A stretch of DNA of 63,312 bases from Aplysia californica. Its lineage: Eukaryota. Below, piece after piece: positions 13,901 to 26,700 of the stretch. The first letter of the stretch is position 1. Every line of letters begins with the position of its first letter. Where the stretch lies: contig NW_004798019.1 in assembly GCF_000002075.1 (NCBI RefSeq), forward strand, positions 131,911 to 195,222, given 5' to 3'. Made by a program: the position numbers and the translations under genes. The notes beneath the pieces were generated by a model, which was not told the origin of the DNA, made no database searches, and saw only the letters and a list, made by a program, of their open reading frames with translations.

Positions 13901-15726
13901 CAGGGTTGCCAGATCGGGTACGAGCTTTCCAGCTAAATTGATGCTTCTTCAAAAAGGAGCTGAAGTCAGTATATTGGTATTATCTTAGTCCACGAACAAC
14001 TACACAGAACATCGTAAAAGAGCACGCAGTTTATTCAGAGCAGCATGTTTTAAAGTTCTTATAACAAGAATGATGTGTTGATAAATCATGTCAAGGATGC
14101 GATCATGTTTATGCATAGTATGAATTGTCAAGTACATGTACATACATTGTAATTGGTGAATCCAGAAGCTTTTTAGCATTCTCTTACAATAAAGTAGACT
14201 AAAGGTAGACGAAGAGTGGAAGAAACGTATTAATATTTGTTCTGATGATAAATTCATCAAAACAGGCTAAATTACGCCTTTTAAAGACCGCTATTTATCT
14301 ACAATTAATATAATGTTAAAGTTCCAATAATCATCAGCAGTTTATACAGTATTTAAAGAGATTGGATCTTTGAATATGATGAAAACACCAATCATATAAA
14401 AAGGTTGGTGGATTGTGGCGATACGCGTTTTTAATAGGCGAAAGCTACAAACCACCATAGACCATTTTCTTTCAGCTCCACGATTTTCGTCCAAAAGGCC
14501 AATGTGGCACGGTAGTCATCTCAAAGTATCACGTGACCCTATTGCCTTTGTACGTCAAAGAGAGACGAGCGATGATTATTAGCTCTCTATCGATCAGTTC
14601 ATGAATAATACTGGGAAAGAGAGAAAGGAGAGAGAAAGAAAAACTGAAAAATAGAGAGTTGGTTTAGGTGGAAACAATGTTTTTCATTAGAAATTACAAA
14701 CTCGCATTACAAACTTGAATTTGTCACATAATGTCTCTTGATCTAGTAGAAAAAAAACAAACTAACAAGCAAAAACAGTTGAACATAATATGAACTGAGA
14801 AAAGCGGAAAATATGTTTTTCTTTCTTTTCCCCTGACACAGTGTAATTGTTATGGCCACCACTTCTTTCGCTGATTTCATTACTTTTTATGGGGGGGGGG
14901 GGGGGGGGGGGGATAAACATTAGGCCTATCCCGGATGCGTCAATTAAATGGGGACATAAGCAGGGAGGTCAAAACGGCAAATGAAACAATGAACAGTAAG
15001 AGAAAAAGAAACTTGGGTAAACACTGAAACGATCTCCTCAGCAGAGAACACCGCTCCTTTACCCACACAAAACAAGACAACAACAAACTCTGTGTGTGCG
15101 GCGTGCGGGTTTGCTCGTTCCCGCTCTTGATTGCGAATCGCCGAAAGTAATGTCACACTCCCCTTTTTATGCTCGACGGAAGATTCGCATCGAATCTGGC
15201 CATTCGAAGGCTACATTAAAAATGTTTCATTTTATTTAGCCAATTGACGTATTTTCTTTTTCTTTGGATCTATTTATTTTTTTGCATGCAATGCGGAATA
15301 TGAAAAAAAATGAAATATAGATTTCCGAAAGTGGCCATGATATTATTATGCAGCCTAGTCTACCAAAGCAGATATAAAATAACGAGGGGAAAATAAACCA
15401 AGTACGGTACGTAGCCTACCATGACTACCAAATTTCAAATATATTTTTAAAGACAAAAATCAAGAATTAAGAGAACAAGTCTCAAATAATAAAGTAAGCA
15501 ACAAATATCAAGCTCTGGGAACATTTATATAAGAACTCAATTTGACAAAATCGTGGGGTGGGGTGGGGGTGATCAAGGACTCAGTAAAGGAAGCCATGGA
15601 AAAAAATAAAATGCGCTTTATGGTAAATGTACACACCTTTTTTTTGTTACCTGCAAATACCCGTCACCCTCCGGCAGCCTTGGACGTGTCACGTCAAGCA
15701 GACTTTCGCGGGAGGGGGGGTGGGGA

Positions 15727-16095
15727 GGGCTCTCCTGGCCTAGAGGTTAAGGTGTTCGCCTCTCATTCAAAGGTTCCGAGTTCGAATCCGGGAAACTTTT
15801 TGTCGCTAAAAAATGTCTCCTTTCACCTCCTTTTCTGCTCTCTAACCATGTTCTGTCGGCTGACTAGCTGCTTTCGTCTCCACTTTCTGCCCCCAAGCCC
15901 CCACGTCCTTCCCGATCCTTGGGCTCCGGGCTCTCTGCAGCCTTTCGTCGTCTGCTACTCTTTGGACTGCTCTATTTCAGTTTCAGCTCGACCCCTGATC
16001 TTATGGTATGTAAGATGTAACATCTATACCTTCTCGGACAAGGGTGAAAAATCTCCGAGGTCCCGAGTGCAAGTTGCACACGTTTAAGATCCCCG
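15727..16095 (+). mobile_element. tRNA-derived SINE with a Nin/Deu-like core (related copy about 39860-40125)
   Basis: A box TGGCCTAGAGG, B box GTTCGAATC, and the core GAGGTCCCGAGTGC...GCACACGTTTAAGATCCC, shared with the copy near 40030-40070. Confidence 0.6.
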
Positions 16096-16851
16096 AATAT
16101 GTTAAGTTGTTTAATCAAACTTGCATAAATATGCTGTTTTGAAACTCCTGAATTTTGTTATATTGACATGTAACTCCACTTTTTCATAGAACAAGATCTT
16201 GGCTTGATACTCAAAAGCTAATGCTTTTTCTGGTACATGTATCAGCAACCTCAAATTAGCTTAGAACAAGTTTTAAAATTAATGCCGCAAAATTATGAGT
16301 GTTGACCCCAGTGTAATTTATCCGAAAAAACAGGTAAAGGGAAATAACTAAACAAAAAGATTACCACAAAAGCGCTCGCTAAGAGTTTCTGAGCTTTTTT
16401 TGGCAAGTGTTTAACGGCGCTCGCAACTGCATTATAAGCCCAGAGGAGGGGGGTGGGGGTGGGAATGAGGGTAAAAAGTGGAGACGAAAGGAGACGACTG
16501 AAAATGAATAAAGAACAGGAAAAGTGAAAGGAGAAAACTTCTTTGGAAAAAAGAATTTTCCGTCGAAGTCAGATTTCAAACCTGCGACCTATTGAACGAG
16601 AGTCTGCCCTCTCCTGGAACATTTCTCCTTCCACGTAGATGTATCAATGTTCCGGGTACCGTACCGCAAACGAGCTGGATTACCCTAAACCTAGCTACAC
16701 GTTCTTACACTCTGACTTTCTGAGAGTCTAGCCCCAAACCTATACGTTCTCACTCTCTGACTTTTTTTGAACGACTAGCCTAAAACCGATTTTCTTTTTT
16801 TATACAGGTGTTTTTATGCACCCATCGACACAGTTTAGATAATTTAGAAGG

Positions 16852-17034
16852 TGGGCTTCTGACCCTACCTGTCAGGGCCAGCCAGCCCGGGCTGAGAGGG
16901 ACACAAGACCCCAGCAGAAAGACCGAGTAAGTAACCGAGTAACGTGTACTTGATAAAAATTCTCCCCACTCGGGAATCGAACTTGGGTCTCCTGTGTGTG
17001 ACAGCCAAGTGCCCAACCGTTAGATCTACTCCAC
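16852..17034 (-). mobile_element. tRNA-derived SINE family (other copies about 3330-3395, 33415-33555, 37855-38025)
   Basis: Minus-strand head with GTTCGATTCCC. The body CTGTCAGGGCCA...GCTGAGAGGGA...CCCAGCAGAAAGAC recurs at the listed sites. Confidence 0.65.
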
Positions 17035-17166
17035 AGACGCTGGGCCCAAAACAGAGATTGTCAAATTATTTCTGTGAAATAAACAGCCTGCAGAAACATA
17101 GTGTATTTCAATGACATCTTCCTTGGTAAAATAAAGCAATCGCAATAGGCTAATACAAAGCTACTT

Positions 17167-17200
<34 letters not shown>

Positions 17201-18314
17201 AGAAAGAAAGAAAACAAAAACATGATGATTGGGTTTGTGCATTTTCAGGAATAGGTTGGAAGTGGGGATCCCGGGCCGTCAAATACATGTAGCCTATATG
17301 AAAGGCTCCTGTATTACATACATAGCTACACGTGTATGATAGACTGGACTGACGTATGGTGGGGTGTTATTGATTAAAAATCATTGATACTTGATATTTG
17401 TAATCGCCAGTCAGCTGCTGAAATGTATGAAGCTCAAAATTTTGATTAAAAAAAAAAAAAAAGATGTTATCTGCGATACATGTGTATCAGTTTTAGTTTT
17501 AGTAAGAGTCCATAATCAGTGACACTTGCAACACAATTAGATCATCATATAAGTGCTGAAGATTAGAGGTGTTACAAAAGAGTAACAAACATTAAATAAA
17601 GGAAGAGAGACCAGGACGACAGATGTTAGAGATAGGAAAAAAAAAGGAGCAAACCACAGAAGAGCATTTGCCAACCACCCATGGGTCTTCTGTGTGCTAA
17701 TTGCTGCACCACAAATTCCTATCATAAAGCATTCATCTGACACTGAGTATTAGCAAAATCAAGACAGCAAACAATTTTGTAACCTTTTATTTCTGTTTTC
17801 TTCTAAATCATAAACAATACATATCAATGAATATTATATAAAACAAAATCACTTGCAACACAACATGATTAATAAAACAAAATGCAACTTTCTTGCAAAC
17901 AGACAAAGACTGTTTGAATGACAAACTCCCCTCCCTGATGCCCAGTTAAAACTCTCAAAATTACACATTCAACTCTACCACATCTGACGAGTAACATTTT
18001 TACCTCTTCCTTTCCTTCTTCAAGGCCAAAATTTGTGAATAAACCTTCACTGTAGAAGCTTACTTCATCATTCATAATATATTGGCAAGATTCTGATTAC
18101 AGGAAAGAGTTCACGTCTGACTTGTACGTCACTCTCAACAAATCATAGGTCAATTAAACAAACAGTACTTGACTGTTTTTGTTTCGGTGTGAGTTTCATG
18201 CTCTACAATGCACAGACATTTCAGAAGCAGAACGCTTGGTCCTGGCGTAAGAAAAAGGAAGACTACAAGAAAGATGGCTGAGATGAAACAACCCAAGACA
18301 ATATCACACTCGTG

Positions 18315-18576
18315 TTTGGTTGCTTTTAATTTTAAGGACAAGCGGGCTAACCCAGATTTCGGGGTTTCCACAAATCTTGACCAATACCAAAAGTGGGCAT
18401 TGCCCTACGTATAGAAGCTTGGTTTCATTGGTGTGTATATTTGTTTGGTTATAGAGAAAACTCTCGTCTTATAAAAAAACTGAACAATGGTCTACTAAAA
18501 CTAAAAACTTTACATTCCATTTCCCAAAAACAGCATTTTTTCGGGATAGCCCCCTTGTGCTTAAAAGCGACCATTT
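18315..18576. mobile_element. MITE (second partial copy at about 60407-60620)
   Basis: TIR-like TTTTAAGGACAAGCGGGCTA and TAGCCCCCTTGTGCTTAAAAGCGACC. Similar internal sequence occurs at 60407-60620. Confidence 0.6.
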
Positions 18577-18794
18577 GTGTACCCAAATGTTGTTGTTGTT
18601 CTTTCTGGTGGAGTTGACAACTTATTGTCATCCCCCCCACCCCATCCCATGGCACATGCTTTTACTTGGACACATGGCAAAGAAGCCGACTTGAGGCAAA
18701 ACTGTTGTTCCTCACACACAGAGAGGTTGAGTCAACAATGCTATTGCAAACAAATATAGGTCAAAGGAAATGCAGCTTCACCTCATGTTTATTG

Positions 18795-19095
18795 CGTTGG
18801 TGGTTCAGCGGTTAGCTGTTGGGTTCTTAACCGAAAGGTTATGGGTAGAATACTCTCTGATGTTGTGCCCTTGGGAAAGGCACTTGACCAAATTTTCCTC
18901 ACTTCACATGAGTGGGAATAGGCACCTTGCGATAGACTGTAAAAGATCTTGTCAGTTTGTTCGAGTTTTAGGACTTAATTGGGTACTTGCATTGTATGCT
19001 TCCCGTGAAGTCAAGACTGTTTCTAATTGTGCTAGAGTCTGCTGGGGTAATAATAGTTGTAAAGCACATAGAGCACATTGTAAAGCACAAATATG
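18795..19095 (+). mobile_element. CORE-type SINE with an L2-like tail
   Basis: tRNA-like head TGGTTCAGCGGTTAG, CORE-like TGTGCCCTTGGGAAAGGCACTT, and tail TGTAAAGCAC. Confidence 0.5.
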
Positions 19096-19101
19096 CGCCC
19101 A

Positions 19102-19134
<33 letters not shown>

Positions 19135-20710
19135 AATATATATATATATGTATAATTGACAGAAGCATGGAGATATGCCATATACGGTATATAAAAATTA
19201 TTATCATTGATAACGCAAACATTGAGAAAATGGCGAGACAGCCCCCTCTTGCACAAAGGTGTTGTAATTATTTTTACACGAACAGCTTGAAAAGGAACAT
19301 GAAGTCATACTAGTCACTGTTATTTTCAGTTAAGCATTGTCTTTTTTTCCTTATCAGTTGCAGCCTAAAGTGACATAAGGGTCAGAGAGTATGAACCAGA
19401 CGGGTCAGATCCATCGTTCTTAGCAAAACGCTGAAAACACAATCTACTCATAACACACCTGTTGAAACACACAAACATGAAGACAGGGTTTTGTGGAACA
19501 ACAAAGTCATTTTAAAATGGATAACAAATCTAAAAAAAACCCCCACATTATAAGTAAGACACGAAAAGAAATAACTGAAAAAAAGAAGAAGAAAGAAACA
19601 AAGAAACAAACAAAAAAGCACACTCAACCATAATATACATGTGGGGACATATTTTGATTTTTAAAAAGTACACACAATACAGAACTGTCTGATATAGGAA
19701 AATATCCGAGTTGAATTATAGTTTACTGTAAGTCTTTATTATATTAGTCTGGTAAAAGTTTTACAAATAGAATAAATAAGTGCCGAAGATTCATTCGAGA
19801 TTTTACTAGACAGTAACATAAAAAGAAAAGGAGGAGAGATAAAGACGACAGATGTTTGATAGAAAAGAAGGAGCAAACGACACCAAAGCATCTGCCAACC
19901 ATAACTATAACTATTAGTCTGCACGGCAGTAGTCATATATCAACGAGAAGAGAACAAGGATGACAGACAGCAACAACACAAGTTCTGTTGACACAAAATC
20001 AAATACAACAACCATACCAACAGATCACATGACTGAACCCCCCCCCTACAAAGCATGTTTCACAAGACGAGGCAAATGAGGACTGAGCCAAAACAAATGC
20101 ACCATCAAAAGATGACTCACACACACACACACACACACACGTTTTTCACTGACAATCACCCCATGCAACTTCACATACTATCAAAGTACACACAACCAAA
20201 GTTGCAACTGGCATCTATTATTACATTTATCCTCTTGTTCTCCCTATAAATTCAGACAACAACTTTCAGCCATACAGGTTAGCATTCTCTGAATTTCATT
20301 CAGACACTCAAGAGAACCAATTCTGTTAGTTCTGAAAAATGAAGAGTCACTGACACTTTACGGTCACCTGGCGCTGCGCCAGGCCCGAGAAGTCTGTTGT
20401 AGTCACTCTCCTGGTTGGGTGACCGGATGGGGTGTTTTGTACTGCAGGCTATGTGACTGCAAAGTGTTAAAGGCAGTGCCTATGAAAGCCCAGGATTCAC
20501 ACCCAGACTGCAATCACATTTCCAGCTTCAGGACATGAACACCCACACCAGTTCATACTGAACAAATCTTTCTGACAAAACATTTCATCAACACTGGAAT
20601 ACTGGTAGGCCTACCTTAAACTAGAGCAGTACACCTCACACTCATAAAAACACATATAAAAAAACTACTTCCGACGACGACTCTCATAATTTAGTTATCA
20701 CACCCAACCC

Positions 20711-23700
20711 TTAGGATATATTGCCCTTGCCACCAGGTTTCTGTGGAGGGTTGCTGGGAGAAGATGGCGCTGGTTTTGACGGAGACGGAGCCGCTGACGA
20801 GGGTGCCGCCGAAGCAGATGTAGGTGGCGGCATGTTCGACAACAGCCTGTCTTTGCTGGTCCTGTAGAAGACGTCGGAGGTCTCCTCCCCATGCTGCCAG
20901 GCCACTTTCTTGGCGTGCTGCTCGATGGCGTCCTTGACAATGTCGTCCATCATGGGAATGGTCAGAATACCATCCTCCGAGGCGTAAGCACGGGCCTGTC
21001 AAAGACACCACACAGAAGGAAAAAAATGAGCATTTCTCCACTCTTTAATTCTGCAACTGCATGCATCAGATAAGCAGCCGGGTATAGAGAGCATGAACAC
21101 AGAAAAAAGACAAAATCACGTACAGCTCGAACAATTTGCCATTTTCCAACTGATGTCTTTTAATTTTCCATTATCGGCTTACCTGAATTATGGATATCTA
21201 ACCCAATTGTCAATCCCCTACATATTTGAGTTATCTGTACCAGACTGTACTATACATCCTTTTTTGTGTGCACGGCTTGAATTGGTGATTTTTTTCAATT
21301 TTTTAATAAGAAATAATGTTTAAAAAATGCTACTGCAATAAAATTAATTTGAAATCCATCTAAAAATCTGGTTAGCGCAAGAACCTGCTTTTTAGCAACC
21401 TCCTGATGACAAGATGCTTAGGCAGACCAATGTATAATCATAAGAACATTCCTTTTAGTAGGTAGCTGAACCACGTCATCACTTTCTCACCTGCCATGCG
21501 ACTCCCAACTTGGAAATCTCTCTGCCTGAGAGGCCCTCTGTCTCTTTGGCAATGTCCACACATTTCTGACCGTAATCAAATTCTGCAACTCGCAAGCGCC
21601 TGTTTTGAATGCAAAAGAACACACCCTTTGAAATTTTTTTATACAGGAGTACAGTTGTTTTGAACAATTTTATATGGCATGGAGGACACAGCAGAAACCT
21701 TCAACTGCCACCAACCACTCCATGACCAAAAAAAGAATTTGTACTCAGAATCCCCTAAAAAAAAAAAGAGTCAGAGAAAAGAAATCAGTTTTCAGAACTC
21801 CGGTATATTAAGATTAAGTAAGTAAGTCTGATTGACTATGGCAAACAAACACGCAGTCTGAATATACTCCAATAAGCATCTGCATTTTCAATTCATTTAC
21901 TGTAAGTTGCACAAATATTGCAACTAAAAGAAATAAAAATGTGTTTCCACGTCAAATACGATAAGTTGTGTGTGATCGACAGAAAAGGAATCCATGGAAA
22001 AATAAGAGCATTTTATTCAAATTTCACTATGGTTTTTCGATGGGCAAAAATAAATTATTCTAAAAAATTGGAGAGTTCAGATTTAATCGGAATATTTGGT
22101 CGGCTGTCCATTGCCCACTATTAAGACATTTACAGGAAGTCAGCATATCAGCAACATTTCTCCTGGACCAGACTTAGACAATAAGAATATACGGAAAAGA
22201 TGTGTAAGAAGCAAAACATACCAGGGCATTCGCCAAAGGAAAAAAACCCAACCTAAACAAGGAACAGCACACACAAGAACAACACCCCATCACAAAATGA
22301 CGACAAAAAGATGAAGATGGATCACTCACCCAGTCTTCTGTGTGGCAGGCTCCAGGATAAACTTCTGGAAGTAGTGCCGGATCAGCCTCTCACGTTCCTG
22401 GAAGGTGGGGATTTCAAACTCCACCATCTCGTCCACACGATCGTTGATGGCCCAGTCAAACTGCTCCGGTTGGTTACTCGCTAAGACCAGCATGAACCTG
22501 GAAAGGGAACACATGAGAAAACCATCTGACAACTGGGTCAAAGACTTCCATAAGTAGTCAAAATTCAGACTATTATGCCAAGGACATAAGCCATAATTAC
22601 ATATTTATTGGTAAGTTTTAAATTAATTACAGGCACAGTAAACAAGAAGACACAGTTCAAATGACTTCACTCCCCCTTGAAAGTCAGACTAACATAATAC
22701 AGAAATATGTTATTATCTGAAGAAAGTGACAGTCACCCAGGACACCTCAGCCAGCTTTCTTAGATATGTTCAGACATCATAAAAGCAAACTGTTTCTTTT
22801 TATTGTAAATCTTTTCACCACAATGACACCGGTTGTGTATTTCTAACAGCAAATTTTGCGTTCTTTTCCACAGTTTCACCTCAGACATGTTCAACTGTAC
22901 TGACACACCACAAAAAACCCCCCACAACAAAACAAAACATAAAAGCTTTAAACTGGGATGGGATGGGGAAGAGGAGAGAGACAACGAACACATGGGGGGG
23001 AAGGCAAAAAAAAACAAACAAAAAAACCCCAACTTACTTTTGAGATTGTTCTCCAGTACGGTAGAGGAACGCATTTAAAGTTGCTCTCATGTCTTCACTG
23101 ATCACTTCCTGCAAGTGCAACGAAACGCTTAACAAGACACTAATACTACCGTTATTGTAAAAAAGCACACCAACACAAAAACAGTTACTTCTTCCTTGTA
23201 AGAAGACAGATAGAGAGCAACAACTGAAGGGGAAAAAAAGTAGGACCTAGAAGTGGCGTCTTCCAATCCTTCCTTTCTACAACTATTTCTCCCACATGGG
23301 AGAAAGGTGACAAGAGAGACACAATTCTTTGCACATTACAGCATCACTGTTCAGTAAAGAAAGGAAATAGATACTGTACAATTTTTAGCTTCATGCTATG
23401 AAAAAAAAAAAAGAAGTTTGTACCAATGAGCTTTACATTAGTGTAACATTACTAAAAGTATGGCAAGCAATTTAATCAATTTAAAGATGTTAACCCTGGA
23501 ATTTTGAAATATCACATTTGACTATACTGATCCCAGGAGCAGTCAGTTCTTTTTTCTGAGCTCAGTAGCTTTAAGGTTACTACAAGACCAGACTGTTACT
23601 GAAAACTGAAAAGTCGTAACCTGAGATGAAAAAAAATAATGGTGAAAGAAAAACTGGATGGAGCACATTCTAAGGCATTGTCTGCCAACACAGAGGACAA

Positions 23701-26700
23701 CAGTATTTTTGAAAAGTGATTTAACTGACTTACTGTACTTCTTTTCCTAAGGAAGGCATCTGCTTCATCAACAAACAGTACCACGCTGTGAATGAAATAA
23801 CAAACAATGTGAGAATGGTTTAGATTGTTCCAGATCAAGATAGCGCAGCTTGAAATCAACATTCTGTTCACTCCTTCCATTCCTGTATTAGAGCCAAAAG
23901 CACCAGGTGATTCTGCTTTTATTGCCATTTATTGCCTTCGAAGGGGAACAGAATTCTAATCGGCTAGCCATTCTAAAAATAAGACATAAAACTTTGATAA
24001 ACACGCTTCTTGCCTGGGCTGACTATTGTTGTGATGCACTTCTATTTCTATTCCAGCAGCTTTTAGGGGCCAAACACTAAAAATGGGGGAAAGTTGAATG
24101 AATGCAACAAACATCTAGGATACAATGAAGTGAACTATCAGATCTTTGCTGGGGCTATTTTTATTCTTACTCCAAGAACAAGTCAACAGTCCCCAATATC
24201 CCCAACACACAAAAGTAGATGTTACAAACAAACAAATAGCGATAAATTTAACTCACCCTTTCCTACTGGTGTGTGCCCAGTCAAACACTTTGTGCATGGC
24301 AGTGACACCCTCCTTTCCCATTGGTGCTACATCACCTCCCGTCATGATAGCGTAGTGCATACCTGAGTGCTTTGCTAAACTCTGAAGAAAGATTTAGAAA
24401 AGAAAAGTAAACTACAGATAAGTTACATGGTAAAAAATTAACCAGGAATTTGTTATAATAGTAAAAATAGCAAACTCAAAGGACTTCTGGCACCTGGTTG
24501 TTTTTCTCATACTACTATTACACTAGATTAATGCATCTACAAGCATGTCTTAGGGTATCCACAACCACTTCTGGCACAACCACGAATTAACAAATCAACA
24601 GCTACACTCTAATCTGTATTTCTTTTCAAGTGAGCAGACCTGCCACTCTATGAAATCTAAAAATCAGGATTTTGGAGTAAAAAAATCAGGATCTGGTGAA
24701 AAAAATCGGGATCAACGGCAAATCAGTGATAAGGGGCACTGGGGAGGGGGGGTCCCTGGTTCCCTTTTATGAGGCAAGCATGCAAGACAAAACTTTTGCA
24801 GGGATAAGTTCACATTTGGGCCTCTAAATAGAGAGAAACCTGAAAGACAGCATATACAATGTATATGTACTCGAGTCGTGAGTTGGATAGACTGGGGGGG
24901 TTGCAGAAATGCTGAAACTCTCGTAGTCTTGAAAATAGCTGGCACATAACTCTAATCATCCATGCAAAAAGTCCGCGTTTTCATACAGTAACGTTTGACT
25001 CCCATCGCATATACACTCAAGGCGCCCACCGCCCCGAAAAAAAGACCGCGCCAAGGTTGTTAATTAATTAATTTTTTCTTATTTCTTTCCCCTCAATTAG
25101 TACCTGTACCACGGCACGCACTGCAAGTTTTAAAAAAATACCCCCCCCCCGGTTAGGTCCCGAAAAACACCTCGACCAATGCGACCGGTGTGAATGAACT
25201 TGTTGACCTTGACAACCAACGGTCCCCATCACACGCACTACTCACACGTACGAGATCAGGTCACGTGATGCGATTGAGCGTTTGAAAGTTTGATGATGGG
25301 CCAGACGAACCAGCACTCAGATCAAGCTTGCTTTTAAAGCAACGGCAGAACAACTAATAGATTATTCTTAGCCCATGTCATAATAGTTACAGTAATCAGG
25401 ACACCATCTGAGAATTCTGGGTTATAAAAGCGAAAGTAGATCTTGAGCGTATCCAAGTCTGAATTCAAAATTGATACATGTACAACGTCGATTTTAGTTG
25501 AAATATCGTGCATCAGTCATCTACTAGATTCGGCATAGATGCTTTAGAAAATAGTTCCTGCCGATAAAAAGTCCAATCGGTGCTTCCAAGCAAGAGAGAT
25601 TGCAGAACTTTTTTTTTCTAAGAACCGGATGCAACAGACGCAACGACAAAAAATCAGGATACTGGCAATCGAAATCGGGATGCTTGAAATTTGGAGCAAA
25701 AAATTGGGATACCCCGATTAAATCGGGATGAGTGGCAGGTCTGAGTGAGTCATATTCAGCAGTTCTGATACGAAAAACAAAAATTACCAGCTATTCATCA
25801 TCCTGATTTCAGCGGAGAACAGTTTGTGAATCTCACCCATAACATCTGACACTACACAATGGTACAAACAGAACTTTAAAATTCTTTTGACAAAAATCTT
25901 TATAGTAAATTAAAGTCATCCAAACCGATATTTCTCTTCCCATCATATACTGCGACACAGTTAAGAAACTTGCAAAAATAGAAAGAGCTATATTAATTTG
26001 CTGTTCACAATTATCTTTAACATTATATTGTAAGCTACATGAGAACACCCCCCCAACTTTTTTATCTCATCTTTGAAAAGTGAGATAGATTTCCTGACAC
26101 TATGAGATGTAATAAGAAATTTTGAATACATCGCGATTTGTGACCATTCTTCATGACAAGGTTCGAAGTACCTGTACTCACCTTAGCAAACATGGTTTTT
26201 CCAGTTCCTGGGGGACCATACATAAGGATATTACGGAAATAACCATTATTTTTCTTAGTGTGTCTCGTTGCAATGGCAACATCACGCAGTTTTTCTTCCA
26301 AAGTTGGCTGAAAGCAAAACAAATTTTTAGAATATTTTATGAGGACAGAAGCTATATCATCACAAAATAAAATACTAAATAAAATTATAGTATTGTAAGG
26401 TCTATATGAGGCTGTCAAATTCCGTGGAAACCAAAATAATTCCATTGACCCCAGGAGCATTACCAAAATTACTGTGAATCCTTTTTTCGATAATCAAGAC
26501 TTGGCCCTTGTCCGTCATATCACAATATGTATCCAGAAACTGTCTTCTCCATCCTCCCTGGTTTAGTGATGGATTTAAAAAAATCTTGGGACCCTATTGG
26601 GGCCCGCTGTCAAATCCTAAACTTTGTATGTAAAATTTGATGAACTGAGAATCCTGGCAAAAAGGCCAACAAACCCCTGATCCTTACCAATCAACAAACA

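Noticed and set aside
15727-15795. tRNA gene
   Set aside because: A and B boxes are present, but there is no clean cloverleaf and the sequence runs into a SINE body found elsewhere, so it is a SINE head.
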